Below are positions 12,457 through 24,099 of a DNA stretch of 64,000 nt, one piece after another. Both the position numbers and the translations under genes were made by a program. The DNA lies in NCBI GenBank assembly GCA_951406725.2, contig OX597816.1:159402001-159466000 (forward strand). The letters are read 5' to 3'. The DNA comes from Octopus vulgaris (lineage: Eukaryota). The first letter of the stretch is position 1. Every line of letters begins with the position of its first letter. The notes under the pieces were generated by a model. It made no database searches, was not told the origin of the DNA, and saw only the letters and a list, made by a program, of their open reading frames with translations.

Positions 12457-12720
12457 ACATGCAGATTTGTATGTTTTGTTTTATGCATGTCTTCCCATGC
12501 ATATATTTGCATATCTAGACATGCTCATATATACTTAAATGATAAACTTCTGGAAAGTTTTACAGATTTCGACAGTACTAGTGATGGCTTGGATCTGTAG
12601 TCTTAGAATCAGCTTTCTCCTTTCTGGATTTGAGAATTTCTTACAAATCTTCACCGTGCCATTGAAAGATTGGATTTGGAGAATGCGTTTATTTTCTGTT
12701 GTTCTTTCTTCGAAAAGCCT
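12457..12720 (-). mobile_element. REL LINE 3' end, second family, inside (TACA)n
   Basis: RRKLILRLQIQAITSTVEICKTFQKFI matches the C-terminus at 22833-23123; 3' UTR shared with 22718-22775. Confidence 0.75.
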
Positions 12721-12777
12721 ATACATGTATGTATGTATGTATGTATGTATGTATGTATGTATGTACACACACACATA

Positions 12778-12811
<34 letters not shown>

Positions 12812-13209
12812 TATGCATATATATAATATATATAATCATACATATGATTACATACGTGTGCGCGCGTGCTGTTTCTATGGGTTTTAAGTACTTATTGAGA
12901 GAGTTCGAGTCGGTCGCTGACAAAACGACAGTAGTTTTTGAGTTAAGAGCGTTCCCGGTGTTTGTAAATATATGGTTGAATTGTTGTGTTGCTTGAGCTG
13001 TCGGTTCACACACATTGTGTGCATCTATTCATCTAACATATCATAGGTAGAGAATCTTGGGAATGTCTTACAAATCTCCACTCAGCCATTGAGAGACAGG
13101 ATTTGGAGAAGGTGCGTCAGTTCCTTTTGTTCTTTCTTTGAAAAACCTAGTATTTCTAGGTTTTTGTGTAAATATGTGTGTGTGTATGCGTGTATTGATA
13201 TATATATGC

Positions 13210-13246
<37 letters not shown>

Positions 13247-13329
13247 CATACATACACACACACACATGCACGCACGCACACACACACACACTCACACACA
13301 CACACACACATATATATTGATAGAAATGG

Positions 13330-13490
13330 CAAGACAACAAAAGAATGAAAGGGACCTTGATATTATGTAAATAGAGGAATATATATCTGTAAATATAATA
13401 TGTGACAATTATTCGGTAGCCATGTCGGTAGCCTCCGCACCGACATCCGAAACTCGGAGTTTTATTATGGATACCGAATAATTGTCAATA
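13330..13490. repeat. Short inverted PLE-like structure with truncated hammerhead
   Basis: 21-bp IR 13403-13423 / 13467-13487 enclosing stem ATGTCGGT..ACCGACAT followed by CCGAAACTCGGAGTTT. Confidence 0.55.
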
Positions 13491-13511
13491 TATATACATA
13501 TATATATATAA

Positions 13512-13622
<111 letters not shown>

Positions 13623-13761
13623 GTTAGTAGAATAAGAAATAGAAAGTCTTTGGTACAGTATTATATATTTGAAAAAATGAATAGAAATGGTTTTCCCGTC
13701 AGTTTTCCCACTTTAATAAAATTATCGGAAAAGCTATTTCTATTCATTTTTTCATACATAT

Positions 13762-14313
13762 TGTTGTATTTCAGGATGGTCATTTTTCTGTTTTTTTGCC
13801 AAATAAACACATGCACTAAATATTTGTTCTTCACTCATTTATTACTGTTCTTATTCTAACTCATCTTCATTGTTCGAAAATCTTTCGTCACACATCTGTG
13901 ACCTCTTCAGCGACACTTTCCGTCTTCGTGTGTGCTTTTGCTCCACCTATTTCATTCTGTTCTTCTATGATATGTATCCTTATATGCACATGCTTTTGCG
14001 TCCATATTTGTGTGTGCGTGCACATGTGCACACACACACACACACACGGACGGACGGATGCAAACGCATACGCATATAAAGATACACATCACAGAAGAGC
14101 AGAATGACATAAACGGAACAAGAGCACACACGAAGACAGAAGATGTCGCTGAAGAGGTCACAAATGCGTGACGAAAGATTTCCGAATAATGAACATGAGT
14201 TAGAATAAGACCAGTAATAAACGAATGAAGAACAAATATTATATTGCATGTGTATATTTGGCAAAAAAAAAAAAAAAAAAGAAAGAAAGAAAAATGACCG
14301 TTTCGAAATACAA
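13762..14313. repeat. ~250-bp diverged inverted repeat with a hammerhead motif in each arm
   Basis: Arms about 13762-14003 and 14055-14313; CTGAAGA-G-GTCAC-loop-GTGAC-GAAA at 14149-14176 (+) and 13883-13910 (-). Confidence 0.8.
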
Positions 14314-14380
14314 GAATATCTGTTTCAGCAAACTATTTCACAAGGAATCTGGCTACACAAATACATAAACGTGTGTGTGT

Positions 14381-14850
14381 GCGTTAACAGGGATGTGGGT
14401 TCGACTCTCACGCGGATAGGAAAGCCTTCTTTTTTTCTGTGAAAGGCTTATATGTCCCTTTATTAGACTATTTTCCTTAGTCATTGCACGGTGATCGCCA
14501 TAAGTTTTAAGCTTATATAAAAATACAATTATTATTATTTACAGGATGGTAAACTCGGCGCCGTATAAAAAAAACAAAAACATTCGCACCTAATGCATAT
14601 AGAAAGTTTGCTTACACAAAAACAAACCCAAACTATTATAGTTCTTAAATTTTACAGAAATCGGGAGGCTGATTCGCTGGTGTAAAGGTAACAGAGTCGC
14701 GTTAACCAAGGGATGTGGGTTCGGTTCCCACGCGGATAGGAAAGCCATTTTCTTTTCTGTCGAGGGCTTATATGCCCCCTTTATTAGACTAAATTATTAT
14801 TATTTACAAGATTGTAAACTCGGCGCCGTATGAAAAACCATTCGCACCGA
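14381..14850 (+). repeat. Tandem pair of a tRNA-like-headed repeat
   Basis: Blocks 14381-14590 and 14699-14849 are homologous; the second is preceded by A-box-like TGGTGTAAAGGTA; both contain B-box-like GGTTCG. Confidence 0.6.
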
Positions 14851-14863
14851 AAAACACACACAC

Positions 14864-14923
<60 letters not shown>

Positions 14924-14933
14924 AGAGTTTACG

Positions 14934-14970
<37 letters not shown>

Positions 14971-14975
14971 TGTAA

Positions 14976-15190
14976 GGCAGCGAGCTGGCAGAATCGTTAG
15001 AACGCCGAGCAAAATGCTTAGCAGCATTTCGTCCACCTTTACATCTTGAGTTCACATTCCGCCGAGCTCGACTTTTGCCATTCATCCTTTAGAGGTCGAT
15101 AAAACAAGTACTAGTTGAGCGCTGGGGTCGATGTAATCGACTTAGCCCCTCCCCCAAAACTGCTGAACTCTTGCCAAAATTTGAAACCAA
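14976..15190 (+). mobile_element. tRNA-derived SINE family B (head GGCGGCGAGCTGGCAGAA), tail type 2
   Basis: A box TGGCAGAA, B box GAGTTCAAATTCC-like; more than 12 copies in the window. Confidence 0.85.
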
Positions 15191-16017
15191 TATAAATGTA
15201 ATGTAACCATCCGTTTCAATAGACGTTTGATCATTCACGTGTTACTAATACACACACTACTGCAGGTGCATAAACAGAGTAACTGATGTCTTCAGAGAAC
15301 GGAATCTCAAACCAGACGACTGCTGTCATAGCAGCGTGACAAATGGATAATTAATTCCACAAAAGGTGCCTTAAAGCACGCAAGAACTGTCAGATATAAT
15401 AAATAGCCCACAGTCTTTGTAGCAACATTATTCACAGTTTTGCTTGAAAACAAATTTTTCAAGAAACCTGTCTTCAGGATAAACAACTCTTACAGAATCA
15501 TGCAGCATCAGAGTTCGTAATAGTTTGACTTAGTCATACAGATATGAAATATTTTCAATATATCATTATTCAATACAAACGTTATTATTATCAGTAGAAA
15601 ATACTGAGATCGTCTGCTTTCTCCCAATTTATTTTCTCGCTTGTGTATTTTATGAACAAAGAAGATTGTAATTTTTTAGCCCACTCCGCTGGGTATAAGG
15701 TGACAAATTAACCTCGAAATTTGTGCTGGTATGCTTGTGGGTGTATGTTATGTCTCCTTTTCAAGTACGTGATACAATATTTGCTGTTGTTCCCGTTGGC
15801 ATTATAACTAATGTCAATGGAACTCAAAACTTTAGAGACTTGTTACAAAACATCTCATCTGCCTCACACTCTCTAAGTTTGTCACAGGTAGGTGAATATT
15901 TGAACAAAAGGCTTACGCATATAGAAAACAACTTACATGCGCGCGTCTTCGTGCATGCACATACATACACATGTACACACACAGACACATGTACATGTAC
16001 ACAAATATAATACATAC

Positions 16018-16085
<68 letters not shown>

Positions 16086-16480
16086 ATCTCTCTTTCCCTC
16101 TCTCTCTCTCTCATTTCCCTCTTTCTCCCTCTCCCTCTCACTCCCCTCTCTCTCTCACTCCCCTCTCTCTCCACTTCTTTCTCTCTCTGTACACACACAC
16201 ACACTGTACTTAAGAAAAAAACCTTAAACTTTAGTTTCATGATGAAGTTGCAACTGGAACACACGGAGGAAACAATTTTGTGTGCCATCTATCGATCAAA
16301 CAAAAATTAAATGGTTACCCAGATTTATACTCTGTGTAAGTTAAAGTCACAATCTGATCACAAAACTTAAGTAGCAAATTTGTATATCGTAAGTATTGTA
16401 TAAAGATCATATCTAACTCTGTCTCGTACTAAATTCTCTGTACTGGCTAAATAAATTTTCACCCTCTCACAGCCTTACAC

Positions 16481-16512
<32 letters not shown>

Positions 16513-16559
16513 CTAGCCATAATGTATGTATGTCTATGCGCGCGCGTATATGTATGTAT

Positions 16560-16790
16560 TCTTTTCTTTTATTCTTTTATTTGTTTCAGTCATTTGACTG
16601 CGGCCATGCTGGAGCACCGCCTTTAGTCGAGCAAATCGACCCCCAGGACTTATTCTTTGTAAGCCTAGTACTTATTAACAGAAGTGCTTCGGGTGGATTG
16701 TAATCAAAAGAATACAGTCATGTCCCACTGTCACACTGAAAATTACGTGGAGAACACATATCTATGAAATGTTCAGTCACTTACACGTTA
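16560..16790. mobile_element. SINE A 3' half (minus strand) joined to a degraded SINE C body
   Basis: 16560-16676 matches other SINE A copies; CACTTACACGTTAATT matches SINE C near 51090. Confidence 0.7.
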
Positions 16791-17187
16791 ATTCCCATAA
16801 TTATGGGATTTCACAGTCGTCATTTCTGGTTTCTATCACAATTTACTTTCACGTTTTTACGAGACTAAATTGCACGTTAACCTGATCTCGCTGACTGCAT
16901 GTCTATTTAAGTTTCGGGGGAGACCCATAACTTCTGAGTGAATCTCGGTAGATGGAAACTGTATTGAAGCTTATCGGGTGTATTGTACCTGTAATTCAAA
17001 AAGTACACCCTTATTACACACTGCCCTACTCCGATTCTGCATGAGAATTATGTTAAGGGTACACAGGCCTGTGATATATTCAATTGCATACACATTAATC
17101 CAAGAGCAGATAATACAGTTCTTCATCGTCGAATAACAGAGAGCCACTACTACCACCATGTTTGTAATAGATGGTGCTGCGTGCACC

Positions 17188-17262
17188 GGGCTTATGACAG
17201 CTGAAGAAGTGCGACGATTATTATATCGCTGAACAGAAACTTCAAGTCCTGAATGAAAGCCC
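17188..17262 (+). ncRNA. Type I hammerhead-like motif in a PLE pseudo-LTR
   Basis: GGGCTT..CAG-CTGAAGA-[stem II GCGA/TCGC]-GAAAC-TTCAA-GTC-CTG..AAGCCC; AATAAA near 17281. Confidence 0.65.
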
Positions 17263-17358
17263 CCAAAACCGTATCGTTCAATAAAAATAGTCTTCTGTTT
17301 CCAATGATATTGAGATCTACCACTTCTGTCGTCACGCGCGTATTATTACTACATACAT

Positions 17359-17389
<31 letters not shown>

Positions 17390-17418
17390 TACATACATAC
17401 ATACATACATACATACAT

Positions 17419-17455
<37 letters not shown>

Positions 17456-17500
17456 TATACATACATACACACACATAAACATACATACATACACACATAC

Positions 17501-17535
<35 letters not shown>

Positions 17536-18308
17536 AATATATACACACAATTTATATATGCGTGTGTGCGTGTATGTGGCTGGATGTGTATACAAACACA
17601 CACACATGTATGCATGTGTGTATTTATGCACAGATATATACATACGTACATGTATGTGCGTGTTTATGTATGTGTGTGTGTATGTATGTATGTATGTATG
17701 TATGTATGTATGTAGGTAGGTAGGTAGGTATGTATGTATGTGCGTGTATGTATGTATTAAAGTATGCACGTATGTGCGTGTATGTATGTATTAAAGTATG
17801 CATGTATGTGCATATATAACTCAGTACATTATACAATAATTAAATCAATATCCAGCAACATTGTTTTCTAGTTTGGCTAAATAATGACGTACTTGGTTCT
17901 AATCGCTTCTGGCCTTTTGGGTAAGATGAAAGTATACAAATGTGACTGGTTTAAGTAGTGTTATGTTACGACTTATGTATTGCAAATCGATGTCACGTGT
18001 GCAATATGTTTCAGTTGTTGCTTCTACGCCGTAGCCTCATGTTAGCTCTTACTGAGCAGACTAAACGATGAAAGGCACTTTTGCCGTGACCATGCTGTCC
18101 ACTTCGTCTTCTAGGGATGGTGTACCTCTGATTATATTACCCACCGCCTCTTCTTTTTAATAACAGTGTAGTGTGGTTTGAGAAAAATGTATCTGCTACT
18201 TCTGACAAGTCAAGCGTGGATGTAGTCTCTTTCGTTGGTCATTCACGCGTAAGTTCATCGGACCTTGTTGTTTAGCCCTAGGCCAGACCACATGGCCGCA
18301 TAATACAT

Positions 18309-18538
18309 ATTTCTTTACTACCCACAAGGGGCTAAACACAGAGGGGACAAACAAGGACAGACAAACGGATTAAGTCGATTATATCGACCCCAATACGTAA
18401 CTGGTACTTATTTAATCGACCCCGAAAGGATGAAAGGCAAAGTCGACCTCGGCGGAATTTGAACTCAGAACGTAGCGGCAGACAAAATACGGCTAAGCAT
18501 TTCCTCCGGCGTGCTAACGTTTCTGCCAGCTCGCCGCC
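18309..18538 (-). mobile_element. SINE B, tail type 1, with TSD
   Basis: 14-bp TSD TGGCCGCATAATAC at 18293-18306 and 18542-18555. Confidence 0.92.
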
Positions 18539-19077
18539 TTGTGGCCGCATAATACCCTCAGCGCCCCACCCCTATTTTTATGTATAAAGAAATATCTTAT
18601 TTCGTTGCAAGACTCAACGAAAATTTTAGGAAAAAAAAAAGAAAGAAGTGGAAATTTGACCGGTGATTGTGTTACATTATAAGGCACAAAAAGAAAACGA
18701 CTCTCCCCAGACACAACAGAAATATATTATATTTTACTAATTTATATATTCTATGAATCATTTGATATTTAATATACTATTATATGATTTGTATACAATA
18801 TTATATATTATTATTATCTCCAATGATAAGCCTATTGTATTACTATTTAGTATTAGCTTTCACAACTTGTAAGAAGTAGGTCTGGGATCGAGGTTATTTT
18901 GTTCTCAGAAAAAGGGGTGGGGTCCCTTTTGTGTCCATCACTATCTCAGAAAACCCGCTGTTATCCTTGAATGTTCTTCTTCTTTGGTTATTTCATGTAA
19001 CTGCGAACGTGGCTTTGTACCAGTGTGACCAATTTTCTGCTGCTTCAAGAATGATGAGCCGACAAAGTTTTTTCTAC

Positions 19078-19348
19078 TGTTGCTGCTTCGTGTAGAAATC
19101 TAGGCGAGCGGGGTCACAATCACCACAGTGATAACAAAGACGAACAATGGTTTAAATTTTATGGAGCCATCTATTTTCTACTCGTACGAGTAGAAAATAA
19201 ATGGCTGCCATGCATTTGTATATACACGCGGTACACCTGCACGATGTTACGTAAGAGTAGAAAATAAAAGGCTCCATAAAACTAAAAACATTGTTCGTCT
19301 TTGTTATCACAGTGGTGATTGCCTAGATTTCTACACGAAGCAGCAACA
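19078..19348. repeat. ~100-bp inverted repeat, MITE or foldback-like
   Basis: Arms 19078-19188 / 19250-19348 with a 12-bp indel; nested palindrome centred on CTCGTACGAG. Confidence 0.85.
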
Positions 19349-19429
19349 ATTATAATAATCCACTGCCTTCCTTCCAACGCCTCCTTTTTCTCTACCGTCT
19401 CCTAAGGCACCAGCTCTCACCTGGACCGT

Positions 19430-19475
19430 CTCAACGCCCACCAGGGGGCAGTAGCGCCCACTTTGAGAACCTATG
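19430..19475 (+). mobile_element. hAT-like element right end
   Basis: GCGCCCACTTTGAGAACCTATG resembles the reverse complement of a CAGTGGTTCTCAAAGTG-type hAT TIR; no partner end found. Confidence 0.45.
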
Positions 19476-20117
19476 ATCTAAAGCAATGATTTCTAACGCA
19501 GATGCTAAAGCTTCCTTGGGGGAGTTGTGAAAGTACAAGAGATTATTTTAGTAAAGAATGAATGCTAACAAGAGCCATAATTTTTCTTAAAAAGAATATT
19601 TAAACCAATTATAATTGATGACACGTGACCCACGGCCAGCCTTTCTTTTTCTCTCTCCCTTTTTCACACTGGTTGTGTCGCTGACCGGTCCTAAATGCTG
19701 TATCCCACTGCTTTACAATTTGTTGTTTTCTAATCCCTTAGAATGCCATCTAAGCGCAAGCCACCATTTTTGTCTTCTTGGCCCTGAGGCTATATTTTGC
19801 TCGTTTCGTATTTATTTCGTCTTTGTCCATCCACTTAAATTACATTTATTCACTTTTGCATATCCACTCTGTACTGTTTTATTTGCTTTCGGCCCTATAG
19901 TCTCCGCAACTTTCGCGGGCACCACCAGCATGGGAAGTTCTCAGTCTTATCATTAATGGTGCGAAACTGAGTAATACCATCTGGTTGATAACTGATGAAT
20001 AATTAGGAACCTTCTGTGTCTGTCTCCCGTCCAGTTGTACACTCAGTATACGTTATACGGTTTTACCTGTCGTTTGTTTATTTACAATACATCTTTTCAT
20101 TTATTATAATACTCATA

Positions 20118-20930
20118 TATTGGCTTCAAATTTTGGCACAAGGCCAGCAAGTTCTGGAGAAGGGTGAGTCAATGAGACTGACCACATTACTCAACTGGTG
20201 CTTATTTTATCGACCCTGAAAAGATGAAGAGCAAAGTCAATCACGGCGAAGACGGACAAAGGTTCTTATTTCTTTATTGCACACAAGGGGCTAAACATAA
20301 AGGGGGACAAACAAGGACAGACAAACGGATTAAGCCGATTACATCGACCCCAGTGCGTAACTGGTACTTAATTTATCGACTCCGAAAGGCCGAACGGCAA
20401 ATTTGAACTCAGAACGGAATTTGAACTCAGAACGTAAAGACAGACGAAATACCTATTTCTTTACCACCCACAAGGGGCTAAACACAGAGAGGACAAACAA
20501 GGACAGACAAACGGATTAAGTCGATTACATCGACCCCAGTGCGTAATTGGTACTTAATTTATCGACCCCGAAAGGATGAAAGGCAAAGTTGATCTCGGCG
20601 GAATTTGAACTCAGAACATAAAGACAGACGAAATACCTATTTCTTTACCACACACAAGGGGCTAAACACAGAGAGGACAAACAAGGACAGACATATATGA
20701 TGAAGTCGATTACATCGACCCCAGTGCGTAAGTGGTACTTAATTTATCGACCCCGAAAGGATGAAAGGCAAAGTCGACTTCCGCGGAATTTGAACTCAGA
20801 ATGCAGCGGCGGACGAAATACCACAAAGCATTTCACCCGGCGTGCTAACGATTCTGCCAGCTCGCCGACGGACGATGGTTCTGTTAGGCATTTTACCCAG
20901 CATGCTAACGATTCTAGCAGCTCGCCACCT
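20118..20930 (-). mobile_element. Nested SINE B array: three tail-1 units inside an older tail-2 copy
   Basis: Repeated units with junction GACGAAATACCTATTTCTTT near 20450 and 20635; a second, diverged head at 20885-20930. Confidence 0.85.
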
Positions 20931-21435
20931 TCATTATAATACTTATATAATTAACCTCCAAAAAGTCATTATCAGGGTTAAAATTTGCATAGAACATTGT
21001 GTTTATCAATGAGAAGAACCAAGACTGATGATGTGTCAATTGTGCAATATATTTTCATATATAAGCCCTCTCCTTCTTCAGTAATTTGCATGAAAATATG
21101 ATACGGGAGGTATTTAATTCACATAAATGTCTAAAAAAAGAATCACAGACTGGTTGGGATAATATGAGAAAATGTAGTTGATAAACCACTGCATAAAATT
21201 AGCAGCTATTTGACAAAAATAACCTATTTATTTATTTATTTGTTTCCTTGTAAACCGTTTATTAGTGAAAGGAAGTACAGAGCTATTATAAAATGCTGTG
21301 AAAGCGTTCCGTTTTTTTATATTTTTTTATTATTTTGATACGCTCAAACAGTGAGTCTAGGAGGAAGGCGAGACGTTATAAAAAAAAATAGGAAGGACAC
21401 ATTGCCTAATGTGCTCTTCGATTTATTTTTCTTCG

Positions 21436-21627
21436 GGCGTGGTAGAGTATGTAAGAAGCTTGCTTCTCAACCACGTGGTCTCGGATTTAGTCCCACTGCG
21501 TGGCACCTTGGGCGTGTATCTTCGGCTATAACCTCGTGCGACCAAAGACTTGTGAGTGAATTTGATAGACACAAACTGAAGGAAGGCTGTCGTGCGTGCG
21601 TGCGTGCGTGCGTGCATGCGTGCGTGC

Positions 21628-21666
<39 letters not shown>

Positions 21667-21885
21667 TTTGTGCCTATGTTTGTCCCCCACCACCACTCGA
21701 CAACCGGTGTTGGCGTGTTTACGTCCCCGTAAATACGCGTTTCGGCTGTAGAGGCCAATAGAATAAGTACTAGGCTTTAGAAATATAAGCCCTGGAGTCA
21801 ATTTGTTCGAATAAAACCCTTAAATGGAGTGCCCCAGCATGGCCACAGTCAAATGACTGAAACAACTAAAAAATAAAAGATAAGA
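21436..21885 (+). mobile_element. SINE A, diverged
   Basis: Collinear with 53103-53514. Confidence 0.85.
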
Positions 21886-22424
21886 ACGAAAAAGGGGCAA
21901 TTTATGAGAGAATCGGTTGGTTTTTCTCGCAGATCGAAAACGAAGAGGTTTCCTCATCATCTCGCAACTTCCGCTTAGTTGCATATTAGCTTGGGCTGCA
22001 GTGTGACAAAGTGGACACGTTGCTTTCACTTTCCGCTCTACTAATTGATACGATATATCTGTCTATTGGTTGGTTCTGCACTTGATGTCATTTTTATGAT
22101 GACAATCTTAATTGGCAGTAACAGTCGTTCATAAATTTATTTCCTCGAGAAACCCTTACATGATTTTCCGAAAAATCAAACTACCTATCCATACCTATAT
22201 TTTTTACGTTCAATCCTCCCAAGCCTAGTTTTAACAACATTGTATGTATGTGAATATATAGAATGTATGTATGTATGTATGTATGTATGTATGTATGTAT
22301 GTATGTATGTATGTATGTATGTATGTATGTATGTATGCATGTATGCATGTATGTATGTATGTATGTATGTATGTATGTATGTATGTATGTATGTATGCGT
22401 GCATGCATGCATGCATGTATGTAT

Positions 22425-22715
22425 ATAAAAAATTACAAAATGGGACAAGAAAGCAAAACATCCAGACAGTTAGGTGATACAAAAAAGGGACAACAAAACA
22501 TCCAGATGGACGATACAAAGAAAACAAGGACGGATCATACTCGAGATTGCTCCAATCTGTCCAGCCCCAAGGAAAAACTAAGCTAAGAGCGTTAGATTCC
22601 TTGGAAGAAAGGAGCGAATGTATACGAAAACAAGGACGGAGAAAAACGGAGAATGTTACACAAATACAAATAACAGGACATAACAACAGGTGTCTTTCGA
22701 CTAAGGATGGCGGCC
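22425..22715 (-). mobile_element. Probable PLE pseudo-LTR fragment
   Basis: Minus strand CGAAAGACACCTGTT followed by a T-rich tail; a similar motif occurs near 48750. Confidence 0.35.
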
Positions 22716-22717
22716 GT

Positions 22718-22769
22718 GCAGATTTGCATGTTTTATGTATGTGTTCTCATGCATATAGTTGCATATCTA

Positions 22770-22835
<66 letters not shown>

Positions 22836-23375
22836 ACTGATGAGCTTCTGGAAAGTTTTACACAGTTTTACAGTTCCAGTCATGGTTTGAATCTGTAGTC
22901 TTCGAATTAGCTTTCTCATTTCTGGTTTTGAGAAGCCTAATTTCTCAACATTGGTATTTAGGCAGTGTGTTACATATCTCAGTGCCCCAATAATTACAGG
23001 TAGAAACCTGAACTTGTAATCTGGATAGAGTAACTGCAGATTTTTCAATAGTTCAGCATATATGTTCTCTTTTTCACTGATCTTCAGCTTTATGTTAACA
23101 TCTGCTGGACAGCTAATTTCCACAACTGTGCAGTTTCTCTTCTGTATCCCAAATCATTATATCAGGTCTTTTGTGCTTACATTTTATTGAGGTTTTCATT
23201 GGTACATTCCACCAGTATTCCTTTTTATCATAAATGGTTATGGCTTCTACTATATTGTGGGTCCTTATTTCTTTGTGCTCGGGACTATCTCTCCGACGGA
23301 TGTCGTTATAGAGTACCCTAGCTACAACGTCATGTCTCATCAGCAGATGATACATTTTCGGACAACTGCCACATA
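22718..23375 (-). mobile_element. REL LINE 3' part (RHD + PD-(D/E)xK), second family
   Basis: SCPKM..RHDVVAR, KRPDIMIWD, EISCPAD, EKENIYAEL, PVIIGAL; frameshifted. Confidence 0.85.
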
Positions 23376-23743
23376 ACACACCGCACAATAGGCTAGTTAA
23401 AGAAAGAAAATTAATTAAAACTTTCAGTTAACTGCTTACAAGATCCACAATATTTTTAATTTACTCATATCGTACAAAAAAAAATTGTCGCGAAAAGTCA
23501 CATAAAAAAATCGCCGAAAGCAATCACAGTAATGAAAACATGGCAATTCAAAATTTCAGGATTGTGGGTCCGGATTCGGCCCTTAATGTTTTCAATTTAC
23601 TCACGGAGTCCAAAATGGTATGATATGGGAGTAAAGTTGAAAAAGTGTGACACACTGACACATTGATATTCACATTTATTATATTATATTATATTATATT
23701 ATATTATATTATATTATATTATATTATATTATTATATTTTATT

Positions 23744-23952
23744 GCAGCGTCGAGCTGGCAGAATCGTTGGCACGCCGGGTAAAATGCTTAGCGGTATATT
23801 TCGTCTGTCGTTAGGTTTTGAGTTCCGCCGAGGTCAACTTTGCCTTTCATCCTTTCGGGGTCGATAGTACCAGTTACGTATTGGTGTCGATGTAATCGAC
23901 TTAATTCCTTCCCCAAACATTTGAGGCCTTGTGCTTCCAGTAGAAAGGATTT
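23744..23952 (+). mobile_element. SINE B, tail type 2
   Basis: Head GAGCTGGCAGAATCG; tail GAGGCCTTGTGCTTCCAGTAGAAAGGAT. Confidence 0.85.
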
Positions 23953-24099
23953 GTTAAAGTTGAAAAATGCGTGACACACTGACATTTAAATTTATTGTAT
24001 TAGATATGTTTAATTTCGGGGAAACTTTATTTCAATTAAAGTGTATTTTATATATGTGTGAATGTATATATGTATGTGTATATATATATGTATATATAT

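Noticed and set aside
20118-20930. CRISPR-like array
   Set aside because: Units are ~185-bp SINE copies with no unique spacers, in eukaryotic DNA.
22837-22862. CTGATGA..GAAA hammerhead
   Set aside because: It is the antisense of the LINE ORF's last codons and has no convincing stems.
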